From assembly GCA_013239625.1 (NCBI GenBank), contig MU053365.1, positions 1,584,115-1,648,114 of the forward strand: a DNA stretch of 64,000 nt, in the 5' to 3' direction. A model generated the notes under the pieces. That model saw only the letters and a list, made by a program, of their open reading frames with translations, did not search any database and was not told the DNA's origin. This stretch comes from Lama guanicoe. Taxonomy: Eukaryota. A program made the position numbers and the translations under genes. Below, one piece after another: positions 12,389 to 25,592 of the stretch (position 1 is its first letter; each line of letters opens with the position of its first letter).

Positions 12389-12519
12389 AAATTCAGAGTC
12401 ATAACTGTGTCCCTAGACATAGTATTTAACCACTTTCAGTTTCCAGTCTTGAAGCCTTTATTGGTAAAATAGAGATAATTATATTATCTCTTTCTAAGGA
12501 TTAATTTATGTGATGTATG

Positions 12520-13065
12520 TGTAGAGGAATGGCTCCACCCCCACCTTGCCTGTCACCACAGAGGCCATGTAGGCAAGGCTCAACCACAACTTGACCCGAA
12601 TCTTGGCAGAACACTCTGTGGCCCTCTAAGGAACACAGAAAGATGGGAGTTTTGTTAAGATTGTTACAAGTCCATTTCTCATCCTCCTCCCTAGTTTGTG
12701 GAGACTCCCTATCTTGTAGAAGACTTCCAGAGGGCAGTTTATCATCTTTTTCTCTGGATCTGGTAAGGTACAGGACTTTCCACTTTGTCTTGCCCTTTAA
12801 GGTACAACTCCAAGTTCCTGTGTAATTCTACAAAACTGTTTGGCTCCTCTACCACAGAGACAAACCATCATTCGAGTCATCTGGTCCCTCTGATACAGTG
12901 TCATCTCAGGGGTCCAGGGACACGTTGAAGGTGATACCATGCCGATTTTGCTTTTGCTTTCTATGTAAGTAATAAAGGGAATCCATTTCTGCTTATTATA
13001 TCCTTCCTGGTCAAATTTCTGGAACTGTGACAAGCCAACCTAGCAGCTGCTGCTGCTCTGCCATT
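12520..13065 (+). mobile_element. LTR (probably ERVL class) inserted into a MIR
   Basis: GC-richer block starting TG with AATAAA at 12971. MIR-like sequence lies on the left (about 12400-12519) and a MIR tail 'gtgcctggcacggagcaaggactcaatagatgttagcta' on the right. Confidence 0.6.
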
Positions 13066-13576
13066 TATGGATGCGTGCCTGGCACGGAGCAAGGACTCAA
13101 TAGATGTTAGCTAGGCGTTAGAGTAATACTAATAGCATCAGTATAATTATGTTGCTGAAGCTCAGGTATTTTTTAACATAAAATGGGGGTGACATAGGAA
13201 AGAAAGTTTTTTTAAGCTCTTACGTGTCATTTATATATAAAATAGTAATATTTAACTATTTTCTCAGATCACTGGAGGCATTATTTTTCTTCATGGTTTT
13301 GATTTATGACATAAGGGAATTATAATTTAAATATTAAACGCTATCCTATTTGATTGCAGATGAGAATTCCATTTTCCAGAGAGCTTCAAATCATGTCTTC
13401 TGACTATTGTCACATTGCAAGCTTTTATCACAAATTTTGGCCTTGTCTTCTGTCACGAGCGATATACACTTGCTCTGGTTTGTTGAGATTGGCGCAAATT
13501 AAAGAAAATCAAATCCTATAAGAGAAAGTAATTGATCCTTCTAACTTGCTTCTTTAGTTCTAACATTCATTTTCAG

Positions 13577-13650
13577 TCTCAGGAAAAGGTATTACAGGTC
13601 TGCCTGTTCGCAGGCTATGTACAGAGCTGCAATTTAAAAATTCTTTCAAG
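13577..13650 (+). other. Candidate 74-nt exon
   Basis: Branch-like ctaac, acceptor 'attcattttcAG', donor AAG|gtaaat. Open in two frames (SQEKVLQVCLFAGYVQSCNLKILS; SGKGITGLPVRRLCTELQFKNSFK). No homologue recognised. Confidence 0.3.
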
Positions 13651-14240
13651 GTAAATGACCATTATGACAAAGCCAACATAGAATATATTTTATATGAAAC
13701 TTCAACACCTCTGTGAAGCAGAGCTTTGGTTTTGAAGATGATAATATCTACTATAAGATTGGTTTAAAAATAAATGACATTTTTTTTCTCATTTGAGCAA
13801 AGAATCTTTAATTGTAGTTCAAAGGAAAAAAATCCACTTTTTCTAAAATTCAAAATTCGATACCTTTTTATATACATTATTTGCCTATGGTTAATTTGTT
13901 TAATAAAATTTTGTATATAGTGGAAACTCAAACTGCTGAGCAAAAAGGGAGTGAACAGTTAATGGAAATAAAGAAACAGGAGGCTGGTTCTTTGTAAACT
14001 GCTCTGAGTTTTCTGGGAAATAAGTGTTAATCAGTTTTCCAACAATGTATTATCCTTATCAAGTATATTTTACTTGAGACATATGTTTATATTTTTAAAC
14101 TTGACTCTTTTTTTCTGCTAAGTCCCTTTTCAACTCAAGGATGAAAAAAATTTTTATCACTAGGAATTTGATGTTCTGAAAAGAATATTATTTTGTCAGC
14201 AAGAAAATGATGCATTTTATATCACTGTATGATTTTGTAG

Positions 14241-14280
14241 CTTAAAAGGCAAACTCAGTGGTTTTATCAGTGAAACCAAG
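14241..14280 (+). other. Candidate 40-nt exon
   Basis: Acceptor 'gattttgtAG', consensus donor AAG|gtgagt. One frame reads LKGKLSGFISETK and is compatible with the 74-nt candidate. Confidence 0.3.
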
Positions 14281-14849
14281 GTGAGTATGGTGCATAAAAT
14301 TTTCAGCCCACTAATTTATAAACTATTATTTTTTGACTAAATGATGAACATTAGTAATTTGCACAAATTTAATATTAATGATAGAGCCAGATTATAGATT
14401 GCAACAGTAAAGCACATGATATGAAGTAAGCACTGGATGAGAAGTAGTAATCCTAGCTTTTTGAAAGTTGGTGCGATCATTTGACTTTTCTCCATTTATC
14501 TGTTAATGTAGGATATGACAGCAACTGATTTCCTAATGTTAAAATTATCTTTGCAATCTTAGGATCCCTTAGGATACAACCAGCATATACATACATACAT
14601 ATATAATACATTTCACTTGAAGTTTGTGTGTGTTTGCAATTTTATTTTATTTTTAGTTAAGAATTTTGCTTCTGTGTTTGAGAGATTGACTTGCGATTCT
14701 TCTTTTTCCCTGGTGTCCTTGTCAGGTTTTGGTATTCAGTTTATGCTACACTGATTAAATTGTTTCCTCTTTTCTGTTTCTCTGTAAAATTTATATATTT
14801 TATATATGTTCTTTGAATCTGTAGATTACACCTGTATAACTACCTGAGT

Positions 14850-14927
14850 CTCTGTGTGTATATGTGTGTGTGTGAGAGAGAGAGAGAGAGAGGGGAGACA
14901 GACAGACAGAGAGACAGAGAGAGAGAG
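14850..14927. repeat. Compound (TG)n-(AG)n-(ACAG)n microsatellite
   Basis: Directly visible. Confidence 0.95.
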
Positions 14928-14982
14928 GTGGAGGTGGGAAGGGGGCAGACAGGTGTCATAATTTTTAAGGACTGATCAATTT

Positions 14983-15305
14983 CTTTTTAATCTTGCACAT
15001 GGCACTTTTCATCATCTTCCTCACCTATTTCTCTCCTCTCCCCACAACCCTCCCCTCTGGCAACCACTTGTTTGTTCTCTGTATCTATGATTTCTGTTTT
15101 GTTATGTTTGTTTATTTATTTTGTTGTTTAGATTCCACATATAAATGAAATCATACGGTATTTGTCTTTCTCTGTCTGACTGACTTCACTTAGCATAATG
15201 CCCTCAAGGTCCATCCATGTTTTACAAATGGCATTATTTCACTCTTTTTTTTGTTTCATTATTTTAATAGTCCATTGTGCCTATACCACATCTTCTTTAT
15301 CCAGT
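14983..15305 (-). mobile_element. L1MA-type 3'UTR fragment nested in the older L1M
   Basis: 'ttagattccacatataaatgaaatcatacggtatttgtctttctctgtctgac'. TSD-like tgatcaattt (14973) / tggtcaattt (15306). Confidence 0.85.
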
Positions 15306-15739
15306 TGGTCAATTTTTTTAATGCTTATTTATAGATCTATTTGGGTTTCTATTATTTCTTGTCAGTGTTGATATTTTTCAAGGAAACTGCTTATTTGTAT
15401 AAGTTTTGACAGTTATAGGCCTAGAGTTAATCGTAATATACAATCACCATTTTGTTAATAACTGCTGTATTTGTAGCTATGTGTTCTTTATATTGTTGAT
15501 GACAGAGATTCGTCTTTAGTCTTTCTAAATGAGCAGCTGTTGATTTGTTGAACCTATATTGTCATTATTTCCTATTTATTACTCCTACCCTTGTGTTTAT
15601 TTTCTTCCATTCTTTTTGAATTTGATTGATATTTTATAACTCTTAAGTTAGATAATTGGCTCATGAATTTTCAGCATTTCTTCTCTCATGTATTACTTAA
15701 GGCCATGTTTTCTTCTGTCTGTATGTTTGCTTTGGCTTC

Positions 15740-15878
15740 ATTGCATTCAGTATCTTTTAATAATCTATAATGGAAAAGAATCTGAAAAAGAATATATGTA
15801 TATATTCTTTTATATAACTGAATCACTTTGCTGTACACCTGAAACATTATAAATCAACTATAGTTCAATTTTTAAAAA
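15740..15878 (+). mobile_element. Cetartiodactyl L1 3' end fragment
   Basis: 'ataatggaaaagaatctgaaaaagaatatatg...aactgaatcactttgctgtacacctgaaac'. Confidence 0.9.
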
Positions 15879-16129
15879 CAGTTCCCTAGTTTCTTGAGTC
15901 TTTTGTATTAACCCTTTTCCCCCGTTGATCTTAAACTCAATTGAATTATGGTAAAAGAATATGGTCTGTATAATGATTCTTTGAAATCTATTGGGACTGA
16001 ATTATAGCCCATTTCCTGGTCAGTTATTATATATGCTCTCTGTATTTTCTCTAATATATTTGGGGCACAGTTTTCCATATGTTCTTTAGATTAACCTTCT
16101 TAACTCTTGTTTCAAATCTGTACTCTTAA

Positions 16130-16830
16130 CAAAAACCACACAGTATCTAGTGTTTGTGAAAATGTGGAGTGATGGGAATTCTTATACATGGCATATAGGA
16201 TTGTATAAACAAGTATAACCACTGTGGAGGACAGTTTATCTTATCCAGTAAAGTTGAAAATATGTATATCAAAAGCCTAGAAATTCCACAGCTAGGTAAA
16301 TGCCCTAGAGAGATATGGCTATATATGCATCAAGTACATGCATACAGACTGGATGTAATGCAAATGCTCATAAAATATAGATGAAGCAGTAAACTTTAGT
16401 ATGTTTATATAATGGAATAATATACAGGAATGTGAATGAATGATTTAGAGCTACATGCCACAATTTTTATAATTCTTAAAAATAATGTTCAATGAGTAAA
16501 GCCAGGTATAAATGAATACATATAATGTGACTGAGTTTATAAAAGTCAAACTGGAAAAACCAAACTACTATTTACAGATATATGTTCATGCGGAAAAGCT
16601 CAATAAAAAGCAAGAAATAGGTTTTTATAGGTATCAGTGTAGTTTTCACCTTAGGGAACATGATTGAGCTTACAATTTGTAAGGGATGGATGGGCTCTTC
16701 TGGCTTACTGCTGAGGTTCAATGTCTTATTTTGGGTGGTGATTACCTTAATATTTATACCATTTTCTTATAATTACCTTGTATGTACTTTTAATATTTTG
16801 TTATATTTTATAATGAAAAAATAAAATTGA
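16130..16830 (+). mobile_element. L1ME-type ORF2 end and 3'UTR relic
   Basis: 'aaatgtggagtgatgggaattcttatac...aaccactgtggagg...aaattccacagctaggtaaatgccctagaga'. Confidence 0.75.
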
Positions 16831-16859
16831 GTATATAATATGACATCGAGGGAAAAGTA

Positions 16860-17340
16860 TAAAAAATTAAAGCTGTGTGTATCAGGAAGGAGTGTATATG
16901 TGTGTGTGCTATGTTACATAGGGAGGTCAGAGAAAGCCTCTTTTTAAAAAAGGGACTATTTATCAGGGTCTTGTGGAAGGGGAAGGATGGAACTGAGTGG
17001 ATATCCATGGGAAGAATATTTCAGGCAAAGGGAATAGTGAATGAAAGTACTGAAGTGAGATGAGAGTAAGAATCGATGGCGAAGACATCAGTGGAACTGG
17101 AGATGAGCAAGCAAGATGAGAATGGTATGAGATGAGGTCAAGGAGGTAGCAAGGAGCCAGGGCAAATAGTGCCTTGATGGTCCTCATAGAGTGTGACCTT
17201 TCACTCTCTGAATAAGATGAGAAGGCATGGTAGGGTTTTAAGTAAGGTATTGATGTGATCTGACTTACTTTTTAGAAGGATTACCCTTGATGCCTTGTGG
17301 AGGGAAGACTGTATGGGAGCAAGGGCAGAACTGGTGGGAG
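16860..17340 (-). mobile_element. LINE2 (L2a-like) fragment
   Basis: 'gggaggtcagagaaagcctc...gaatatttcaggcaaagggaatag...tgtgatctgacttactttt'. Confidence 0.85.
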
Positions 17341-18094
17341 TTTTGTGTTATTTGTTTGTTTGTTTTTTGATATAAATTATAGTGTGTTTTTATGCTGATG
17401 AGAATGAGTGCCATTCTTTGTAATTTTTAATGGCTTCATTCCGCTTTCACTTCTTTATTTAGTTAACCAGTACATAAAGACTTGAGTTTTTATTTTCAAA
17501 GATGTTTATTTTTCTTTCCTGTTTTTTTCCTTGTTAATTTCTTCAAGCAATTTATTCATATTAATTTGATTGTTTGTTTTCTGATTCCTGCTCATGGTAG
17601 CTTGATTATACATGCATTTTATAAATAGGAGTCGTGAGTTTCTGTTTAGCAAGGAGTTGTAGAAGTCTCAAGAGAGCTGGCTTGAGATTGTTTCCATACT
17701 TGGAGAATTTGCATTTGCTTCTCTTAATTACCCTAGGGTCAAAACAAAAACTAATCTTCATTCCTTTAAGTTAATTGTTAGCTTGAAGTTTCCCAAATCT
17801 TGGAAGAATTTCCCATTCAAAGGCGATAAAGTTTCCTTTTTGTTATTTTTGCCTGCGGGTGGCCCTTTTATTAAGTTGTATCACTTAGTGAGTCTGGACT
17901 TTAAGCAAGAATCTTGGGTCCAATTTCTCACTTAGTTTGTATACAAGTCCTGGCATTCTGTTCTTGCATGACCATTAATATCTAAACTTCTTGCTAACTG
18001 AAAAATACATATATAACTCTAGTGTAAATATAGAATCAGTTTTAGCTTAGCATTTTATTTTTCAGATTCCCTTGTATTTGCCATATTAAAATTA

Positions 18095-18275
18095 ATAATA
18101 GCTAGCATTTATTGAGTAGATTATGTAATTGACAGAGCTTAGCTTTTGAACATGCTTTATCTCTTTTGTACACCTAACAAAACTATGAAGATGCACTATT
18201 ATTTTCCCAATTTTAAAAGTTGGGAAAGTGGGAATCACACACATAAAAAATAACTGAGATTAATAGCCTGTAAGT
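18095..18275 (-). mobile_element. MIR SINE
   Basis: 'aataatagctagcatttattgag...attattttcccaatttta'. Confidence 0.75.
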
Positions 18276-18324
18276 GAAATTTCGTTAATTGTATGTAATG
18301 TAGTCTATTGATTGTTTATGACTT

Positions 18325-20995
18325 TTTATAGTTTTATTAATTATAATTGGCCTATAGTAAACTGCTTATATTTACAGTGTATAATATGATAAATTCTGAC
18401 ACACATACACACACGTAACAATAACCACAATGAAGACAATGAACAAATACTTTACCTCTGTAACTTTTCTTGTGCCACTTTAATAATCATTTCCTGCCAT
18501 CTTCTCCCACTCCTCCCTTTCCTCAGCAACCCCTCATTTGCTTTCTGACAAGGAATTTGTTTTTATTTCTAAGAATTTATATAAATGGAATCAAGTATAT
18601 ACTCATCTTTGTCTGGGTCCTTTAAATCAGCATGAAGATTTTGAGATTCATCCATATATGCATTTTTTTATTCTTTCTGCTGAGTAGTTTTCCATCATAT
18701 GGATATACCACAAGGTATTTATCCATTCACCTGTGGTTGCATATTTGCGATGTTTCCAGTTTGGGCTGCTAGGAGTAAAGCAGATATCAACATTCCTAAG
18801 CAAGTCTTTTTGTAGGCCCATGCTTTTCATTTCTCTTGGGTAAATACCTAGGAGTTTAATGGCTAGATCATACTATAGATATATGTTTACTATTTAAAGA
18901 AAAAAACAAAATCATTTTCCAAGGTGGTCATGCCATCTGATATCCTCATCAGCAGTATGCATGTGTTTTAGTTTCTACACATTCTTGTAAACACTTGTGG
19001 TTGCCCTTTCTAATTTTAGAGATTTTCATGTTCTTATTTGCCATTTGTATATCTTCTTTGGTGAAGTGTCTTTTACATCTTTTCTCCATGTTTTCATGAG
19101 TTATTTATTATTAGTTAATTTTAATAGTTCTTTATAGATTCTAAGAGCATGTCCTTTGTCAGATATCTGTTTTGCAAGTATTTTTCTCTCACTATATGAC
19201 TTTGCTTTTTCATTTTCTTAATAGTGTTTTTTGAAGAGCCAAACTAATTTTGATGAAGTCCAATATACATAATTTTTTTAGACTATAGTGTCATATTAAA
19301 GAAATCTTTGCCAAACCCAAGTGTCTTAAGTTTTTATTTCCCTATGGTTTCTTCTAGAGGTTGTGGTTTTAGTTCTTACATTTAAGTTGATGATCTATTT
19401 TGAGATTATTTTTGCATGTGATATGAAATAAGGGTAGAAGTTGGTTTATTTTAGCATATGGCTATGCAATTATTTCAGTATCATTTGTTAAAAATATAAT
19501 CTTTTCTCCACTGAATTGTCTTAGTATCTTTATCAAAAGTGAACTGATTATGTATGAATCTACTTCTGGATACTCTTTTTTGTTTGTTTCATTGGTCTAT
19601 CTAATACTATACCAAAACTACAATGTCTTGATTATAATAGATTTATAAAAGACTTTAGATAAAATAGTATAAATCCCCCAACTTTGTTCTTCTTCAAAGT
19701 TTTGCTCTTAGACACCTTGCATATAAATTTTAGATTTACCTTGTTAATTTCTACAAAAACTTTTCTAGGATTTTGACTGCTAGAATTTTTACAGTGAACT
19801 GTTAGATTAATTTGGGGGAGAATTCATTTCTTAGCAATTTTCAGCATTACAACCCATGATCATATTCTATTACTTCATTTATTTGGGAGTTCTTCAATTT
19901 GTCTTGGCAACATGTTGTAGATTTAAATGTACAAATCTATATCGTTAGTCAAATTCATCTCAATGTATTTCATATTTTCAGTGCTATTATAAATATTAAT
20001 GAAAAATTCAAACTTTGAAATATAATTGATTTTTAATATTGTTTTTATACAGATCAATATTGATCATATACTTATCATTAGAGGTTATATACTGATTATA
20101 TGAAAATTTTATACATTGATCATATATTGGTATGTTTTGTATATTGGTTACCCTAACAACTTGTTAAATTCACTAATCGGTTCTAATAGCACTTTTGAAG
20201 AATCTGTAGGATTGTCTCCATAGATGATGATATCATCATGTCATCTATGATGAAAAATAGTTTTACTTCTTTTTAAAATTCAGTGTCCTTAATTTTGTAT
20301 TTCCTTATTGAGCTGTAGAGAACTAACAGAACAATCTTGAGTGAAAATGAAAAGAATAGACATCCTTGTCCTGTAAATGGCCCTTTGGAGGAAGCATTCA
20401 GTCTTTTGCAATTAAATATGATATTAATTACAGGTTCATCATAGATTTCCTTCATCAGGTTGAAGAAGTTCCCTTCCATTCACAGTGTACTGTGATTTTT
20501 TTTTTCAGAAATTCACGTTGAATTTTGTCAAATGCTTATGATACATCTATTGAAATGATCTTGTGGCTTTGCCTTGTTTTTAGTCTATTCATATGGTAAA
20601 CTACATTGTTAGATATTTTAGTGTTAATCAAATTTATATTCCTGGGATGAAGCCTATTAATCATGATGTTATATCCTTTTTATATGCTGCTGAATTGATC
20701 TGTTAAAATTTTGTTAAGAATTTTTGCATCTATATTCATAAGGGATAGTGATTTATTTTATATATGATGTAAATAATATACATATTATATATAATTATAT
20801 TTTTATGTTTTACATATACATATCCTATATATATTTGGTTTCAGAGTAATACTAACCTCATAGAATGAGTTGGAATGTATCCCCTTCAATTTCTTGGAAG
20901 AATTTGTATTAAATTAGTGTTGTTTCTTACTTAAATGCTTGGTAGATTTCACCAGTGAATTCATCTGGACTTGGAACTTTTTTCAAATTAAAAAA
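18325..20995 (-). mobile_element. L1MB/L1MC-age element, about 2.7 kb of 3'UTR and decayed ORF2
   Basis: Continuous antisense L1 sequence. ORFs 18648-18830 (WINTLWYIHMMENYSA) and 20273-20479 (EGNFFNLMKEIY...GQGC) are ORF2 relics. Confidence 0.9.
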
Positions 20996-22469
20996 AAAAT
21001 CTATAAGTGAGATTTCTTTGACACATATTTGACTAGCATGTGATTATACTTGGTGTCCCATTTTCTATGAAATAATGTTTGATTTCATGCATTTGTCCAG
21101 GGAACCAAGGTGTGTATTTAGATTTGAGCAGTGACTTAATGATGAATTTTCATTTTATACTATTTTAGGTTTAATAGCAATATAGAACTTTGAAGACATG
21201 TATCAACTCTCAATCTAGTTTTTTTTTTCTCTCTAGCTAAGAGATTTTGTTAAATGGCATTTCAACATTCATCTTTTTTTCAGTGTTAATTTAATATAGT
21301 ATAAGTCAGGAATCACCTTTTCATGTTAAAGTATCTCATATGAATTATGGATATTTTCTTTATATTAATGTAAGTAAGTTTCTAATTTTGATATATTGTC
21401 TGGACTGGGGAAGGAGATGAGGTAAGAAGTAGGAATATTCTTGTTATATTTCTGAGAGAGTTGTGGTGAATTACTGATTATGTACATTGGGTGGCACCTC
21501 AGTTTTAAAAATATAGTATTAATAATAACCACCTTTATAATAATCATTCCAATGTTTTCCCATAGTTTAAGAAATAACTCTTCTTCATCATATAGATTAA
21601 GAGGAAAGAGTATCCCTTTGCCCTGCCCTTCTAAGAATCAGTACTGATAGCAGGGGTAAAGTTTACACCTTTGTGAGAATCAGCAATTGCATAAATAACT
21701 TCAAATGAGCTCCTATCTAATGGTCAGATGACAGGATTCGTTGTGTGGTATTAAGTGATATGTGATGAAGCAAGTTCAAATATATAGATATGTATATCCC
21801 TCCCCCCTTTCTCAAAGGCATTTGACTATCTTAATACCAACTTTCTAAATAATAAAATGTCCCATGGAAACTGAGAGTTAACAAAGAGTCCACTTTGCCT
21901 ACTCTAATAAATGCATATTGATTTAATTACTTAAAATGCATCGAACAATGCTATGTGTTATATATTAACTTACTAAGTGTAAGGATTTGTGTTTAATATA
22001 CTCAACAATCTAAGAAAGATTATTGGTTAGCTCTTCTGAATTTTTTTTTTCAGTTACAATGATAAGGGATATAAATACTTTATAATGTATAAGGGCAAAG
22101 TTCTATCTGGGACTGCATTATTTACTTTAAAGGAATATTCTGGGGATAAGTAATTTTTTTTTACCATTCCTAAGAATTCTATAGTTATCAACATGCTGGG
22201 TCTGAAATGTAGCATAAGGGCAGTGGTGTATGATACAGTTTCTGACTACCCAACACCACAAAGAGCAGAATCTGTCAAAGTGAATTGTGTGGGAGTGTGT
22301 TGCAAAATAAGCTAGCCAGTTTAACCCATATTTCTCGCATTTTAAAACAATAAGGGTAGGATTTATGAGATTTCATGTAGAAAATATTTCCATTAATTAT
22401 TTATATTTTGATGATAACTTGTTACACAGGGAATGTTAATACAGAAGATCAATGACCTATTATCTCTTT

Positions 22470-23290
22470 AGTGGAGTGAGTGACTGTCTTCATTTCTCCA
22501 ACCTAGCATGATGCCTAGTGTTCATGGTCTTCATTTATTCTTTTATTAATTCATTCATTTACCATTCATTCAATCTTTTGTGAGGGAGATTCACTCCTAA
22601 TTAGTAATGATATCTGTTGTAAGCTCCCATAGCATCTTATGTTTCCGTACATCTCCCCTGACCCTCATCTCACTTGCAGTTGCCTGTTTACTTGTCTACC
22701 TTACGTACACAACTATGAACTCCACAAGTATAGAAGTTGATGAGTGCTGCCAGCTATTTAACACTTGGTAGATGTCAGGCACTCTGCTATTTTTTCTCAT
22801 CTGTTACAGCCAGATCAATCATAAGAAAATCCCTTTGAGGTGGGTATTACTCTTCCCGCTTTACAGACAGGGAACTGAATTTCACAGAGATTCATATTTA
22901 TTACATTAATTCATCTATTCATTTATTCGTCAAATATTTATTATGTGCCTGTCAGTTCTATGCCATAATTGTGTTAATCCCTAGGGATACAGCAGTTGTG
23001 CTAAACTGGGCACGGTTCTTGCCTTCATATAACTTACTGTTTAGTGTTAGTAACAGACTTTAAACAAATGATGAAGCAAATTTCTATGAAATTGCAATGA
23101 GTATTACAGACTAGAGGGTCTATTACAAAGAACAGATATTTACAGGAAGCTCAGTGAAATCCTTCCTTAGGAAGAGACCTGGAGTCTGGGGTTTGAAGGA
23201 CACATAAGAAACAGCCAGCTTGAGACATGAATAATTTTTTTCTAGGCTGAAGGAACAATATGGACAGATATCAATGTGGCCTTAGTAAAG
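22470..23290. mobile_element. Cluster of L2 and MIR fragments
   Basis: (ttca)n L2 tails at about 22550 and 22915; MIR core 'cccgctttacagacagggaactga' at about 22855. Confidence 0.65.
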
Positions 23291-24179
23291 ATTATTGAAA
23301 TGAAATGGACTATAGGATAATCAGAGAATCGGACATTTGGAGAATGAATTTTAAAAACAAATTGTGTGGACAAATGTTTCATATACCATAAGTAAAATTC
23401 ATAGGTGTTTTGAAACTGTGATATAAATAGCTTGGTATGTTTCTATGACTTTAAAAACTCAGTATAACATGCCAAGAAACTTGGTTTGGTTGTTAAAAAT
23501 CTGGACTAAGCTACTATGAACCAAAAGAACAAATTCTAATGAAGTGTTAAATAATGAAGTAGAGTTTGTAAAATCGAAATTGAGTGTGAGCTGACATATT
23601 TAGACTTGATTTCTCACTTAAGCAATATTTATTAGAGGTTTTCTACTTAGAGAAAAAGTCCTTTATTTTCACTTTTAAATACAGCCTCAACTGTTGCTTG
23701 CCATTCTTTAGTTTTCCCTCCCTTCCTATTTAGAAGGCTATGTGACAACAGCAAGTCATCTTACATTAGAAATTCCAAAGAGGAGGTGTCTAGGCAACAA
23801 ATTGGAAAATAAATGAAGGACTATATCTAGCTGTCTTTTTGCTGCTCTCAATCTATAATTTACTTTAACATGGCTATTCATCATGAAGATATCTATGCAA
23901 TGGACTTCACAGGCAAGGATAACCGATAATGGCTTGGGGAATGCCTTTCAGTTGTGTTTCTTATGTTCATGTGCATGTTCAAAGCTGTATGTTCAGCTGG
24001 AATGTGTGCTGCTCCCTACAGGTTGATTTTGTGTGAGCACACGTGTAGACATGTGCACACAGGTATGTGTGCTCTGCTATAGCAATGATATTAAACTGTA
24101 TTAGCATGGCATTTTTTCAACTATCATAAATACTTTTGTTTAGTCCTTTTAATGTGATTAGGAAACCAAGGCCAACATG

Positions 24180-24430
24180 AGTAATCAACGCACATCTGCT
24201 ATGTTCCAGGTAAAGTATCCGTCCCTCGGCTAGCAGTTTATTATGTGATCCACCTAGCTGCCCTCATGAGGTAGGTTATTATTATCTCTATTTTGCTTAT
24301 GAGGAAAATGTCACTTACGGAGTTTAAGGAATTTTTCTGATATCTCCTAACTGGTTATTTGACAAGATTGGGTTAGAATACAGGTATGCATGCCTCCAAA
24401 GTTTAAACATGCTGTGCTGTCTTCTCCAAA
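24180..24430 (-). mobile_element. MIR SINE
   Basis: 'atgaggtaggttattattatctctattttgcttatgaggaaaatg'. Confidence 0.7.
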
Positions 24431-25496
24431 AACTCATGTGACTCTCCATACATCACAATATAGCAAGCAGTGGTGCTGGGACTCTAACTACATGTGTTTA
24501 TGACTTGACAAGATGCAATATTAGCTCTCATTAAACGACAAGACCATTTTGAGAAGGAAATGATAAACTTAAAATTGTCAGGTTTAAATTATCTTGAACA
24601 TAATCATTAAAGTGTTACAACTGGATTTCAAAGGAAATCTTTAGTTAAAATCACCACATTGAACCCTGAGTTTCCTTTGGTTTGCTTGGTATTACACAAA
24701 TGTTGGCTTTGGGTTTGGATTTATTTTATTGGTTGTTAAACAAGCTTCCTCTCTTAGGAATGTATATGGAGCTCTTCCATTATGGCTCCATATATTAGAT
24801 GCTCTGTGCTCAAAAGTAACCATTTCATGTTATAACCCATGATACAATTTTAGATGTAAACCATTAATTTGAATGAAGAATAATATAAGTAAGTTAAATT
24901 GATGAAATAATGTTACACAACCATTCTCCTTGACTGACGTGCAGTATCCATTCATCACTGAAGAAAACATCACACTACTGCTAAAGGCACTGAGTTGTGC
25001 TGATGAGATTTTATTTTCCTCTAATCACTAGCTTTATTCCTATATGTTCCCATCGCACTTTTCAATCAGAACTCCTCTACTTATGCAGAAAACTTAATGT
25101 TACCATCTTTCCTTTAGTCAAAGCATTAGGGGAATACATAAGTATTATTTGGTGAATACACACAAAGGAAAATTTAGCAGCCATTGTAAAGAATTTTGAT
25201 GACATGGCAGAATGAAGAAAGTTGAAAACCAGAATACAAAATTTTATTTGCAGGTTGATCTACACCTAGTTACAGATATGTATATAAAGAAAGAGTAGAC
25301 AGAAATGAGAACTATGGATGATTTTTATTTTATATATTATGCTTTCCAGTGAAACAAATAGTGTATAATAAGCTTAGCTTTAAAAATATGGAAATGGGAA
25401 AACTGAGAATACTGAGCTTAATTTGATAAGCTGAGAATATAGATTTTGCCTTAATAGAGTATTAATACTGAGTCTCACTTGAGATTTCATTTATAT

Positions 25497-25592
25497 ATCT
25501 TTTTCCTTTTTCCCTCTCACCTTCCCTCCTTCCCTTCTTTTCTTCTTTCTTTCCCTTAGTTCTCCCTTCCAACTTCTTTCTTTCTTTCCCCC
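25497..25592. repeat. CT-rich low-complexity (polypyrimidine) tract
   Basis: About 95 nt of almost only C and T. Confidence 0.85.

Larger units (their letters stand above)
14510..16125 (-). mobile_element. Old L1M ORF2 relic with younger insertions
   Basis: Antisense L1 ORF2-like tracts such as 'tccttgtcaggttttggtattcagtttatgct' and 'ttctttgaaatctattgggact'. Confidence 0.7.

Noticed and set aside
24022..24062. 41-nt AG...GT unit
   Set aside because: Frame-shifting length in low-complexity TG/CA sequence; probably a chance pair.
24162..24209. 48-nt in-frame exon-like unit (ETKANMSNQRTSAMFQ)
   Set aside because: Weak acceptor, and its 3' half is the start of an antisense MIR.
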